Part shown: positions 52,412 to 61,781 of the stretch, piece by piece
Position numbering within the stretch: position 1 is the stretch's first letter
How the letters are laid out: each line of letters begins with the position of its first letter
DNA from: an uncultured Verrucomicrobiae bacterium
Lineage (GTDB): Bacteria > Verrucomicrobiota > Verrucomicrobiia > Chthoniobacterales > Terrimicrobiaceae
Assembly: GCA_963706955.1 (NCBI GenBank)
Contig: CAVPOC010000010.1
Location: forward strand, 192,001 to 256,000
DNA: 64,000 nucleotides
Direction: 5' to 3'
Made by a program: the position numbers and the translations under genes
Notes under the pieces: generated by a model
The model's input: the letters and a program-made list of their open reading frames with translations, nothing else
The model's database searches: none
Told to the model about the DNA's origin: nothing

Positions 52412-53737
52412 ATGGCTAAAATCACGTTCATCGGGGCTGGCAGCCTTGTCTTCACTCATAATCTCTGCAACGACATTCTGCTGGCGCCGGCTCTGCAGGA
52501 TAGCACGATTATGCTCATGGATGTTGATCCGGAGCGGCTGGAACAATCCAAACAAATCGTTCAAGCCATCGTGGACAAACGGAAGCTGCCCGCACGAATT
52601 GAAGCTTCCACCGATCGCACGCAGGCAATCCGCAATGCGGACTACGTCGTTACCACCTTCCAACAAGGCGGTTTGGAAGCCTACCAGTCCGACATTGAAG
52701 TTCCGCGAAAGTATGGCGTGGAGCAATGTGTCGGTGACACCTTGGGACCTGGCGGCATTTTCCGCGCGCTCCGCACCATTCCTGTGCTCCTAGAGTTATG
52801 TGCGGAGATGGATAAGTTAGCTCCTGACGCCTTGCTGTTGAACTATGTCAATCCTATGGCGGCCAATTGTTGGGCCGTGGATGCCGGCACTGGCCGTCCG
52901 CATGTGGGGCTTTGTCATAGCGTTCAGGGAACGAGTGAAATGTTAGCTAAGTGGGTCGGAGTTCCCTACGAGGAGGTCAGATTTTTTTGCGCGGGAATTA
53001 ATCATCAGGCATTCTTTCTCGAATTTCTTCATTTTGATAAGGATCTTTATCCACGCATTCGCGAAGCAGTCGAAACCCCGGAGATCTACGGCGAAGAACC
53101 GGTGCGGATCGACCTGATGAAACATTTCGGCTACTTCGTCACCGAATCGAGCGGCCACGCGAGTGAGTATGGTCCTTATTTTCGGAAGAGTGCGAAAATG
53201 GTCGAAGAAGAATTAGTCCCTAAGTTTACCCACCAAGCCAATTACTGGTTGGAATTCGGACGGACCGGAGGATACCTGCACCACTGCCAGCGGCGGCTCG
53301 AGGAATTTCAGCGAGAACACGAAGCGATTCTGGCGGAGGATCCCACTCTCGAGCGGACTCATGAATATGGATCGTACATCATCGAAGCGATCGAGACGAA
53401 CATTCCGATTCGGATCAATGGAAACGTCCCGAATACCGGATTGATCGAAGATCTTCCCGAAGGTTGCTGCGTCGAAGTGCCGTGCCTGGTGGACAGCAAT
53501 GGCATCCAGCCGACCAAAGTGAGGGAGCTGCCTCCACAACTTGCCGCGCTTAACCGCACGAATATCAATGTCCAGCAGTTAATCGTGGAAGCAGCACTAA
53601 CAGGTAGCCGGGAGGCAATCCATCACGCCGCCATGCTCGATCCGCTAACGGCAGCCGTGTGCACATTGCCGCAAATCCGCAGCATGGTCGATGAGTTGCT
53701 CCAAGCCCAGCAACGCTGGCTGCCCAAAGCAAAATAA
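52412..53737 (+). CDS. melA: GH4 NAD-dependent alpha-galactosidase
   Basis: KITFIGAGS, GDTLGPGG, NYVNPM, GLCHSVQ, AGINH, TESSGH.SEY. Confidence 0.88.
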   Translation: MAKITFIGAGSLVFTHNLCNDILLAPALQDSTIMLMDVDPERLEQSKQIVQAIVDKRKLPARIEASTDRTQAIRNADYVVTTFQQGGLEAYQSDIEVPRKYGVEQCVGDTLGPGGIFRALRTIPVLLELCAEMDKLAPDALLLNYVNPMAANCWAVDAGTGRPHVGLCHSVQGTSEMLAKWVGVPYEEVRFFCAGINHQAFFLEFLHFDKDLYPRIREAVETPEIYGEEPVRIDLMKHFGYFVTESSGHASEYGPYFRKSAKMVEEELVPKFTHQANYWLEFGRTGGYLHHCQRRLEEFQREHEAILAEDPTLERTHEYGSYIIEAIETNIPIRINGNVPNTGLIEDLPEGCCVEVPCLVDSNGIQPTKVRELPPQLAALNRTNINVQQLIVEAALTGSREAIHHAAMLDPLTAAVCTLPQIRSMVDELLQAQQRWLPKAK

Positions 53738-53849
53738 GCGGCACGCGATCGAGCCACAGACAAGTTTTCTGCGCATGAATTAAGGCGCCTCACGCATCGC
53801 GTCGCCCGTTCGGAAGGATCGTTCTCGTGGCAAGCCTGCGAAAGCATCT

Positions 53850-53874
53850 CGGCGGCGGGAGGCCGCCGCTACAA
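53850..53874. repeat. Single GTAG-type REP (half element)
   Basis: CGGCGGC-gggag-GCCGCCG-CTACAA. Confidence 0.65.
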
Positions 53875-53968
53875 ACGCGCCATGGTTGCCTCAGAAATGT
53901 TTGGAAGAGGCGCTATAACGATTGCTCGAGGAGACGATCTCTGAGAAAGGCTCAGAGAGGAAATTCGT

Positions 53969-55222
53969 ATGTCAAAATGGACGGAGAGATCTCGGTCGGA
54001 CGGCTCGCCGCTCGCGGTCGCGGTGATGTTCATTGGGAACGGCTTGGTGATGGGCTCCTCGCTCTCGAGGATGCCAGAAATCCGTGACCAGGTCGGCGCT
54101 ACTCCTACTTCCCTGGCATTTGCGCTCGTTTGCGTGGGAATCGGATCGATCGTTTCCATGCCGTTTACCGGCTTGCTGGCGGACCGCTACTCCTCGATGG
54201 TGGTCAGTCGGGTGGCCACGGTGATCTGTCTTGGCGCTTGGACACTCGTGCCACTAGCAAATTCGGTGCCGACATTGGCTCTGATCATGCTCGCTGCCGG
54301 GTTGGGGACTGGGGTGGGCGATGTTGCCATGAACATTCAAGGAAACGTGGTCGAGCAGCGTCGCAACAAGGTCCTCATGCCGTTTTGGCACGGACTCTTT
54401 TCGGTTGGCGGAGTGGCCGGCGCGATGGCGGGCGCTCTGGCCGCTTCACTCGGTCTACCACTCTCCTGGCAACTGTCGACAGTATCGCTTCTCTTGCTGG
54501 TGGCGATGTGGCTGGCGACAGCCTTCTACGTGCCGGACGCAAAATTGCATCCGGCAGCAAACAGGGCTCAACAGGAAGAACCGATCTTTGACGAGCCACA
54601 GCTGCTGGCTTGCGAGCGACCGCGGATCGCTGAGACGCAATCGTCGATCACCCGCGTGGAAATCCTCCTCGGAATAATTGTCTTTGGCACCGCTGTTGGC
54701 GAAGGAGCGGCGAATGATTGGCTCGCTCTCGTCCTGGTTGACAACCGGGGCGCGCCGGCTGCGCTCGGAGCGCTGACCTATGCGGGATTTAACTTAACGA
54801 TGGCTATCGGTCGCTTTGTCGGTGGAATCGTGATTGAACGCTTTGGAAGAGCTCCGGTCTTGAGGATTGCTGGCTTGCTGGGCAGCGCAGGGGTGGCGAC
54901 CGTATGCCTGATCCCTTCGACCACAGCCGCACTAATCGGTGCTCTTGCTTGGGGTCTTGGCCTTTCCGTCGTTTTCCCGTCAGCCATGTCGGCGGCGGGA
55001 GAAGTGCCCGGGCGGGGCTCTCGGGCGATCACGGTCGTCTCGACCATCGGCTATGGCGGGTTCTTGCTCGGCGCGCCGCTGATCGGGTTTCTCGCTCACA
55101 GTGTGCCACTCGATCGAGCTCTGCTATCCGTGGCGTTCCTCATCTTGCCAGTTGCGATTTTGGCTTCTGTGGCTCGCGAACGCGGCTCGCAAATGGAGCC
55201 TGCGCCCAGCGCTGCGAAATAG
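53969..55222 (+). CDS. MFS transporter (YbjJ/fucose permease-like)
   Basis: SR.PEIR, DVAMN.QG, HGLFSVG, EGAANDW, IGY.GFL.GAPLIG. Confidence 0.88.
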   Translation: MSKWTERSRSDGSPLAVAVMFIGNGLVMGSSLSRMPEIRDQVGATPTSLAFALVCVGIGSIVSMPFTGLLADRYSSMVVSRVATVICLGAWTLVPLANSVPTLALIMLAAGLGTGVGDVAMNIQGNVVEQRRNKVLMPFWHGLFSVGGVAGAMAGALAASLGLPLSWQLSTVSLLLLVAMWLATAFYVPDAKLHPAANRAQQEEPIFDEPQLLACERPRIAETQSSITRVEILLGIIVFGTAVGEGAANDWLALVLVDNRGAPAALGALTYAGFNLTMAIGRFVGGIVIERFGRAPVLRIAGLLGSAGVATVCLIPSTTAALIGALAWGLGLSVVFPSAMSAAGEVPGRGSRAITVVSTIGYGGFLLGAPLIGFLAHSVPLDRALLSVAFLILPVAILASVARERGSQMEPAPSAAK

Positions 55223-55249
55223 CCTTCGACTGGAAAGCAGATCTATCGC

Positions 55250-57745
55250 TTAAAGAGCGATGACCTCTCTAAGCATGATTTGGCGTGAAGAGACGCCGAC
55301 CTCGATGACAAACTCGCCCGGCTCGATCTTCCAATCCCCCGTTTGCTCACTCCAATACGCGAAAGCGCGCTTTGGAAGATCAACGCTAATGTGGCGAGAT
55401 TCGGAAGGTTCGAGATAGATCTTGGCAAAACCCTTGAGTTCGCGCAGCGGACGCTCAACGGAACAGGAAACTTGCCCGGCATATACTTGCACCACCTCGG
55501 CTCCTGCTCTCTGGCCGACGTTGGATATGCTCACCGCAACGCAAACGCCTTTGGCAGTTTTTGCCACTTTCAGGCTAGCCAAATCAAACTTCGTGTAACT
55601 CAATCCGTGCCCGAAGGGAAAGAGCGGCTCAATACGCTGGGCATCGAACCACCGGTAACCGACAAAGATTCCCTCCATGTAGGCGCAAACGTCGGGGTGA
55701 TAATCGTTCAGCGCATGGGCCGGGGAATCCGCCAACACCCGCGGAAAAGTTATCGGTAGCTTGCCCGACGGATTAACATCACCCAGCAATACATCAGCGA
55801 TGGCGTGACCACCTTCCATTCCCGAGTACCACATTTGGACAATGGCGGGAACTTGGTTTATCCATGGCATCTCGACCGAAGAACCGCTCATTAGCACGAC
55901 AGCAGTCTTTGCGTTCACCTCGGCAATGCGCGCGATCAATTCATTCTGCCCCTCGTGCAGGGCCAGGTCCTTTCGATCGGTGCCCTCGAGATCATACTGG
56001 TGACTTAGGCCACCAAAAAACAGCACCACGTCCGCTCTCTCAGCCGCAGCAAGAAGCGCTTCGTCATCCTCTTTCGCGTCTCGCACCCATGGCGGAATCC
56101 AACCCAGCTTGATGCGGAGGTCCGGCCGTGACGGCCAAAGCTCGACCCGCAGCTGGTAGTTGACGCCAGCTTGGAGTTCAAGCGATTTGCCAGTCGTTTC
56201 TGCGCCTCCTTCAAAGCGATGAAGAACCACGATGCCATCGATGAGCAAGCAAGCTTGATGCGAGCCGACGAGAATGAACTCGTAAAAGCCCGTCTCTGGC
56301 GGAACGAGCACGGTTTCCCATGTCGCGGAAAATTGACCTGCTTCGCTACCGGGGACCGGCGCCACGTGATCCCATTCGAAGTCAATCGCTACTTCCGCCC
56401 GCCGGATGACTTCTCCCGCAAAAGAGCGCTTCTGCCAATAGTGAGCCTTCCAACCGCGCGTGCCGGAGCCCTCGTCGGCGATGCTGAGGTAGTGCGGATC
56501 TATGGCTTCGAACTCTCCACGACGCGTCGGATAACCTTGAAAAAACTCGATCTCGCTCGATTCCCCTAGTTTATGGCGAAGTCCTTCGAGCGGCGTGACC
56601 TCATAGAGCGCCTTGACGCCGGAGCTGTGACCGCCGGGCGCGTGTCGGGTAACTGCATTGTCACCCACGATAACTAGCCGCTTGAGCTTGCTGGCATCAA
56701 GCGGAAGGAACTCGCCCTCGTTCTTCAGGAGGACAATCGCTTCCCGCGCGATTTCCAAAGCGACTTGTTGATGACGGGGGGTGTTGCGCTCGCCGGCAGA
56801 GCGATCCGGATCAAAGACTCCCGCGCGAAACATCGCGCGCAGATTGCGCCTCACCTTTTCATTCAGGAGATCTTCGGGCAACTCGCCTCGCTCGATTGCC
56901 TCCCGGAATGATCGGCCAAGAAAGAACTCGTCGTAGGCGTCGGAAGTCCCCATCTCGAGATCGCAGCCGAATTTTGCAGCCTCCATCGTGTCATGGACTC
57001 CGGCCCAATCCGATATGTAGCTGCCGTCAAACTTCCACTCGCCTTTGAGAATCCGGTTAACGAGGTGCTCGTTGTGACAGCAATACTGACCGCGAAACTT
57101 GTTATACGCTCCCATGACTGTGATGCAGTTCCCCTCTTTGACAGCCGCTTCGAAGCCTGGAAGATAGATCTCGCGCAACGTCCGTTCGTCCATTTGCGCG
57201 TCCACTCCGTTGCGATTCAGTTCCTGGTTGTTGGCGGCAAAGTGCTTTACGCAGGCCGCGACGTGCTTACTTTGGATTCCCTGAATTTCCGGCGCGACCA
57301 GCGCTGCGATTAGGTGCGGGTCTTCGCCAAAGTATTCGAAATTGCGCCCGCAAAGCGGCGTCCGGGCAATGTTGATGCCGGGTCCCAAGATGACGTCCTT
57401 GCCACGGTGCCGTGCCTCCGCGCCAAGAACCGTTCCAAAGCGATAAGCAGCGTCGGGATTCCAGGTCGCTGCCAGGGCTATCCCCGTCGGTAGATAAGTG
57501 GAGCGATCCTCTTCGGTATCGACGGGATCCCAACTGTCGCGGCAGATCTCGTGGCGAACGCCATGCGGTCCATCCGACATCCAGAACTCCGGAATGCCAA
57601 GCCTGGGAATAGCGTCCACGGCAAACTTTGAACCAGCATGGCAGAGGCTCACTTTCTCTGCGAGCGTCATTTGCACCATTAAGTTGGTGATGCGCTGTTC
57701 GATAACGTCTGCGGTAAACTCAACTTCAAGAACGGAGGAAGACAT
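55250..57745 (-). CDS. GH3 beta-glucosidase with PA14 insert and Fn3-like C-terminus
   Basis: SDGPHGVR, GRNFEY.GEDP, KHFAAN, SDW nucleophile, NPSGKLP.TFP, FGHGLSY. Confidence 0.95.
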   Translation of the reverse strand: MSSSVLEVEFTADVIEQRITNLMVQMTLAEKVSLCHAGSKFAVDAIPRLGIPEFWMSDGPHGVRHEICRDSWDPVDTEEDRSTYLPTGIALAATWNPDAAYRFGTVLGAEARHRGKDVILGPGINIARTPLCGRNFEYFGEDPHLIAALVAPEIQGIQSKHVAACVKHFAANNQELNRNGVDAQMDERTLREIYLPGFEAAVKEGNCITVMGAYNKFRGQYCCHNEHLVNRILKGEWKFDGSYISDWAGVHDTMEAAKFGCDLEMGTSDAYDEFFLGRSFREAIERGELPEDLLNEKVRRNLRAMFRAGVFDPDRSAGERNTPRHQQVALEIAREAIVLLKNEGEFLPLDASKLKRLVIVGDNAVTRHAPGGHSSGVKALYEVTPLEGLRHKLGESSEIEFFQGYPTRRGEFEAIDPHYLSIADEGSGTRGWKAHYWQKRSFAGEVIRRAEVAIDFEWDHVAPVPGSEAGQFSATWETVLVPPETGFYEFILVGSHQACLLIDGIVVLHRFEGGAETTGKSLELQAGVNYQLRVELWPSRPDLRIKLGWIPPWVRDAKEDDEALLAAAERADVVLFFGGLSHQYDLEGTDRKDLALHEGQNELIARIAEVNAKTAVVLMSGSSVEMPWINQVPAIVQMWYSGMEGGHAIADVLLGDVNPSGKLPITFPRVLADSPAHALNDYHPDVCAYMEGIFVGYRWFDAQRIEPLFPFGHGLSYTKFDLASLKVAKTAKGVCVAVSISNVGQRAGAEVVQVYAGQVSCSVERPLRELKGFAKIYLEPSESRHISVDLPKRAFAYWSEQTGDWKIEPGEFVIEVGVSSRQIMLREVIAL

Positions 57746-57948
57746 GTCGATGCTTTGAAGTCGGGAATAAGATGCGTTAGATCGACGCTTCGCGAGATCT
57801 TTTTCCTCACATAAGCTACCGTATAATTCCGATCCGAAGAGAGCCCCCTATCGACCTTGGCCTGCGGGAACAATGCTTCGGCTATCTCAACGAGTGTTGA
57901 AGAAACTCGGAAACTTTCCTCCTTGGATGTCTTTTTACCTCATTGAAC

Positions 57949-58530
57949 ATGACTACCGGCCGCAAACTCGTCGATTGCCCCTTTTATCCACGACGCGCGG
58001 TCTTGAGCGACTTTCGTTGGTTTGCCGTTCACTGCCATCCCGGTATGGAGACCGTCGTAGATTTCACCTTGCGCACCATGTTGATCGAAACGCTCCTGCC
58101 GATGGCGAAACAAGCAGTCCCGCATTCACGCCATACCGCGTGCCCGTTGATGCGCCCATTATTTGCAGGCTATCTTTTCGCTAATTTCTGTGCCGCCAAC
58201 TCGCTCCGCACGGTGGCGCTCAGCCGCGGCGTCTTGCACGTGGTCAGCGCGAAGGGTAAACCGGTGCCGGTAAGCGATGCAATCATCGCAAGCCTCCGTC
58301 AACGATTGGGTCCGGATGGCTCCGTCGAACTTTGTGGTTGCCCACGCCTTGACCGACCGCAAGTTGCACCCGGTCCGCTTCAATATTGGCCGACCGTCTT
58401 CGAACGGCGACTTAGCGACAAGCGCCGTATCGAAATTCTTATTCAGACTCTCCAGGAGTCGTTTGGAATCTCAGGCGACAGCCACAAAGAACCGAATGCT
58501 ATGCAGCTGCAAACGGCGGCACTATCCTGA
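57949..58530 (+). CDS. NusG/RfaH-family transcription antitermination factor paralog with divergent KOW domain
   Basis: WFAVHC.P..E, PLFAGYLF, RGV..VV....P.PV.D.II..LR, GPL, R..IL. Confidence 0.75.
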   Translation: MTTGRKLVDCPFYPRRAVLSDFRWFAVHCHPGMETVVDFTLRTMLIETLLPMAKQAVPHSRHTACPLMRPLFAGYLFANFCAANSLRTVALSRGVLHVVSAKGKPVPVSDAIIASLRQRLGPDGSVELCGCPRLDRPQVAPGPLQYWPTVFERRLSDKRRIEILIQTLQESFGISGDSHKEPNAMQLQTAALS

Positions 58531-58577
58531 AGAGCTGACCTCTCGCAACCTAAGAACTCAGCATCTTCTGCCAAGGA

Positions 58578-59045
58578 TCAGTCTGGGCGCGGTGTGTCGT
58601 TCTCAAGCAGCTCGATAATCACCTTGAGATCCCTTAGCGTGTCGATGTACGCATATCGACCTCCCGTGTATTCGCCTTTTTGCAGGAGCGGCATTCCTTT
58701 ATCTTCAAGTGCCGTCACCTTCTCCTTCAAACCCTCCACGACAAAAGCAATGTGATGCGGACCTTCTCCATCCTTGTCGAGCGACTCTCGCCAAGTGCTG
58801 GCGTTATGGTCTGGTTCAATTAGCTCCAACTGGAGCGATCCCAAGTTGAAAAATGCGAGCTTTGCGCGCGCTTCCGAGGATCTACCTCTAAACTCAGTCT
58901 GCGCCTTATCCGGGGTATCCGTAAGAGACCAGCTTGGTTTCTCAACGCCCAAAAAGTCAGCAAACGCTTGCGCCGTTTTCTCGATATCGTGAACGAGAAT
59001 GCCAATTTGCGTTACGAATTTGGTTCCAAGAACGTTCGTTTCCAT
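58578..59045 (-). CDS. VOC-family protein (methylmalonyl-CoA epimerase/lactoylglutathione lyase-like)
   Basis: QIGILV.DIE, QLELIEP, GEGPHHIAF, YAY.DT, IELLE. Confidence 0.9.
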   Translation of the reverse strand: METNVLGTKFVTQIGILVHDIEKTAQAFADFLGVEKPSWSLTDTPDKAQTEFRGRSSEARAKLAFFNLGSLQLELIEPDHNASTWRESLDKDGEGPHHIAFVVEGLKEKVTALEDKGMPLLQKGEYTGGRYAYIDTLRDLKVIIELLENDTPRPD

Positions 59046-59129
59046 CGATTCTTATCTTGCCAAGCGGGCAATTCGAGCACCAGCCCCGTTAAACCAACGC
59101 CCTGTGACTGCAGGGCGTTTTCGTCCCGT

Positions 59130-59311
59130 TGTTGCGCGGTATAGCCTCCGTTAATGAAAATGTCTTGACCTGTAGTAAATGCCGCTCCGGGTGGACAGAG
59201 CCAGAGCACGGCACTGGCGATCTCAGGCGTACCAATGCGCCCGATTGGATTTTGTGTCGCCATGGCTTCTCCCATGCTAACGCCACTTGGGCCAAAAGCG
59301 CGGTCGAGCAT
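59130..59311 (-). pseudogene. C-terminal fragment of a short-chain dehydrogenase
   Basis: PIGRIGTPEIASAVLWLC...AAFTTGQ.I.INGGYTAQ with no N-terminal part. Confidence 0.7.
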
Positions 59312-59693
59312 GTCTGCGTACTCACGAATTTTGCCATGACGCTCTGCCTTTCTACGCTTTAATTTTCCTTCTGCCCCGCGCAGACACCCTCTCTTTTCTG
59401 ACTCTGAAACTCTTCACAGGTCAAGCCAAAAGCACACACAAGTCTTTCCGGATGCCCGCTCTAAGAACACCTCATCGTCTTGGAATCGCATCTGGCGAGC
59501 TCCCGTCTGCGGGCGACCTCCCTAAGGGCGATTTGGGTAAGCAACGCGCCTAGAGCACAGCGCCGGGATGCCTGTTCGGTGCTTGGGATTCGCGAAGGAT
59601 CAGCATCACAGCAGCCGATAGAAAGCCGGGGAATTGGTTGCAGCTCATCCTAAATCACGCCCGCTGCGCGGCTCAAGGGCACCTCAACAAAAC

Positions 59694-60839
59694 TTATCTG
59701 CCTCTTCCGCGATCGGCAGCGTAGTCAACCGACAATTCCCTACGCAACATGCCGAGCGTGAGAGCCTGGAGCGGCGGAGGAGTGGGTTGCGCCAACTCTG
59801 CCTTTCGAAGCCATCCATCAACCAAACCACGTCGTGGCGAAAGCTCACACACGGGATCCGGCTCATCCAGGTTTCCGCCAAAGAGGGCGACCTGACATCG
59901 ACAACCGCCACGATCGACTTCCCGGAACGAGCAACTGTGGCAAGGCTCAGCGAGCCATTCCGTGCCTCGAAACCGCTCAAACGCCGGACTGCTCGCCCAA
60001 ATCCAGGACAGCGTCCTCTTCGTAACGTTGTCAAATTTCAAGCCAGGGATAGCCGATGCGGCTTGGCAGGGCAAAACATCTCCCCGTGGGTTCACAGTTA
60101 GGCTGCGGCTGCCCCAGCCATACAGGCATGCCTTCGGACGTCTCTCGTAGTAGTCACAGGCGACATAGACCAATTGCAACTGTCCATTAAGACGAGTTCT
60201 CTCGCGATCGACGATCTCTTGCGCTCGTCGCAACTGCTCACGTGTCGGAAGCAAATGCGGTCTGTTTTCGAGCGCCCACCCATAAAACTGAGTGTTAGCG
60301 AGCTCGACGCGGAAGGCCCGGAGGCGTTCCGCCAGTTTAATAAAGTTGGCTATTCGATCGATATTGCTTCGATGCAGGACGAAGTTCGCGCTCCATGGCA
60401 AATCAACGTCGCATGCGGCTTCGACCGCTTGCAGCTTCTTTAGATGCGCTCTCGTGCCAGCGATGGCATCCGCTAATTCGGCCTCGTCGGCTTGAAAACT
60501 GATCTGGACGGTATCGAGACCGGCCGCTTTGAGTTCCTTGGCTTTTCGCGAATCGAGGCCAAGCCCACTGGTGATGAGATTGGAATATAATCCGTTTTCT
60601 CGCGCGACGTTGATCAACTCGGCGATGGACGAGCAGTGCAGCGGTTCGCCGCCCGAAAACCCTACTTGTAAAACTCCCATTTCCGCAGCCTCACGGATGA
60701 CCCGCTTCCAGACAGAAACAGGCAATTCGCTCTCCGGTGCTGTTAGCTTAAGAGGATTAGAGCAATAGGGACAATGCAACGGACACCGGTGGCTTAGTTC
60801 CAGTAGGATGCCCAATGGGCGGTAGAGTTCTGCAGTCAT
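59694..60839 (-). CDS. pqqE: PqqA peptide cyclase, radical SAM/SPASM
   Basis: EL.HRCPLHCPYCSNP, SGGEP, ELANTQFYGWA, PKAC..GWG, D.GGCRCQ; ATGA overlap with pqqD. Confidence 0.95.
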   Translation of the reverse strand: MTAELYRPLGILLELSHRCPLHCPYCSNPLKLTAPESELPVSVWKRVIREAAEMGVLQVGFSGGEPLHCSSIAELINVARENGLYSNLITSGLGLDSRKAKELKAAGLDTVQISFQADEAELADAIAGTRAHLKKLQAVEAACDVDLPWSANFVLHRSNIDRIANFIKLAERLRAFRVELANTQFYGWALENRPHLLPTREQLRRAQEIVDRERTRLNGQLQLVYVACDYYERRPKACLYGWGSRSLTVNPRGDVLPCQAASAIPGLKFDNVTKRTLSWIWASSPAFERFRGTEWLAEPCHSCSFREVDRGGCRCQVALFGGNLDEPDPVCELSPRRGLVDGWLRKAELAQPTPPPLQALTLGMLRRELSVDYAADRGRGR

Positions 60840-61123
60840 GGCTCGATGAGACGGATCAGTCCCCTTGCTTCCAACCCGTGCAAGCATTCCGCGACGTCGC
60901 CGGCAATCTCCTCAGGGGAGCCCTCATAACGTTCCATGAGTCGTGCTGTAATCTCGGCAACGCTCGATTTGCCCTTGCAAAGCGACAAGATGGTGGCCGT
61001 AGTCTCTTCGAGTTCGAGAACTCCTTCTGGGTAAAGAAGCAGAGGACGACCCGTGAGCGGATCGGTATGCAGCCTGGCGTAATCGGCGAGCTTCGGTTTA
61101 CAGCGTTCAATGGGTAACGGCAT
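60836..61123 (-). CDS. pqqD: PQQ biosynthesis peptide chaperone
   Basis: LLYPEG...L..TA..IL.LC.G..SV.EI; lies between pqqC and pqqE; alternative start 61132. Confidence 0.92.
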   Translation of the reverse strand: MPLPIERCKPKLADYARLHTDPLTGRPLLLYPEGVLELEETTATILSLCKGKSSVAEITARLMERYEGSPEEIAGDVAECLHGLEARGLIRLIEP

Positions 61124-61781
61124 CGATTGCATCTAGCATACTCCAGAGAACGTCGCATTTGAAGTGGAGGGCTTGGATGGCGGCCGTCTGCAAGTCAGCG
61201 TTGTCGCACCACTTGAGGGTAATCGCCAGCGCTTCCTCTGAATCTTGAGGCGCTTGAACAAGCCGCTTGCGAAAATAATCAAATCCCCATTCGGGGACCC
61301 ACGGATAATGTTTCTGGAAAGCGGCCAGTCGCTGCGCCATGAGATCAGGCGCAAACATCTCGGTCAACGATGAGGCTATGGCGACTGGCCAGGGAGCCGT
61401 GCGAGCGAAATGAACGTAAGCGCCCACCGCGAATCGCACTCCAGGTAGAGGGTCGGCTCCCAATTGAGCCCGATCAACTCCGCAAGCTTCGGCCAGGCGG
61501 AGCCAAGCCCCAATTCCGCCCTCGTCTCCTCTTTGGCCGTCGTGATCGACGATCCGATGCAACCAGATTCGTCGCACTTCGCGTAACGGGCAATTGCTGA
61601 CGATAGCAGCATCTTTGAGCGGGATGCTTTCCTGATAGTGGAAGCGATTCGCCACCCACGTCCGTATTGCCTGGGGAGAAAGTTCGCCTGCGTTCATCCG
61701 CTGATGAAAAGGATGGAGGTGGTGGTATTTTCCTCGTCCGACTTGATGCAAAGCTTCGAGGAATTGTTCACGCGACATCAT
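61107..61781 (-). CDS. pqqC: Pyrroloquinoline-quinone synthase
   Basis: YH..HPFH, WVANR..YQ..IP.KDAA, RIVDHDG, SSLTE.FAP, FKC.VLW.MLDA. Confidence 0.96.
   Translation of the reverse strand: MMSREQFLEALHQVGRGKYHHLHPFHQRMNAGELSPQAIRTWVANRFHYQESIPLKDAAIVSNCPLREVRRIWLHRIVDHDGQRGDEGGIGAWLRLAEACGVDRAQLGADPLPGVRFAVGAYVHFARTAPWPVAIASSLTEMFAPDLMAQRLAAFQKHYPWVPEWGFDYFRKRLVQAPQDSEEALAITLKWCDNADLQTAAIQALHFKCDVLWSMLDAIDAVTH

Noticed and set aside
59540..59640. GATAGAAAGCCGGGGA resembling the 3' end of a ykkC/guanidine-I riboswitch
   Set aside because: The 5' conserved core is absent and no co-oriented gene follows
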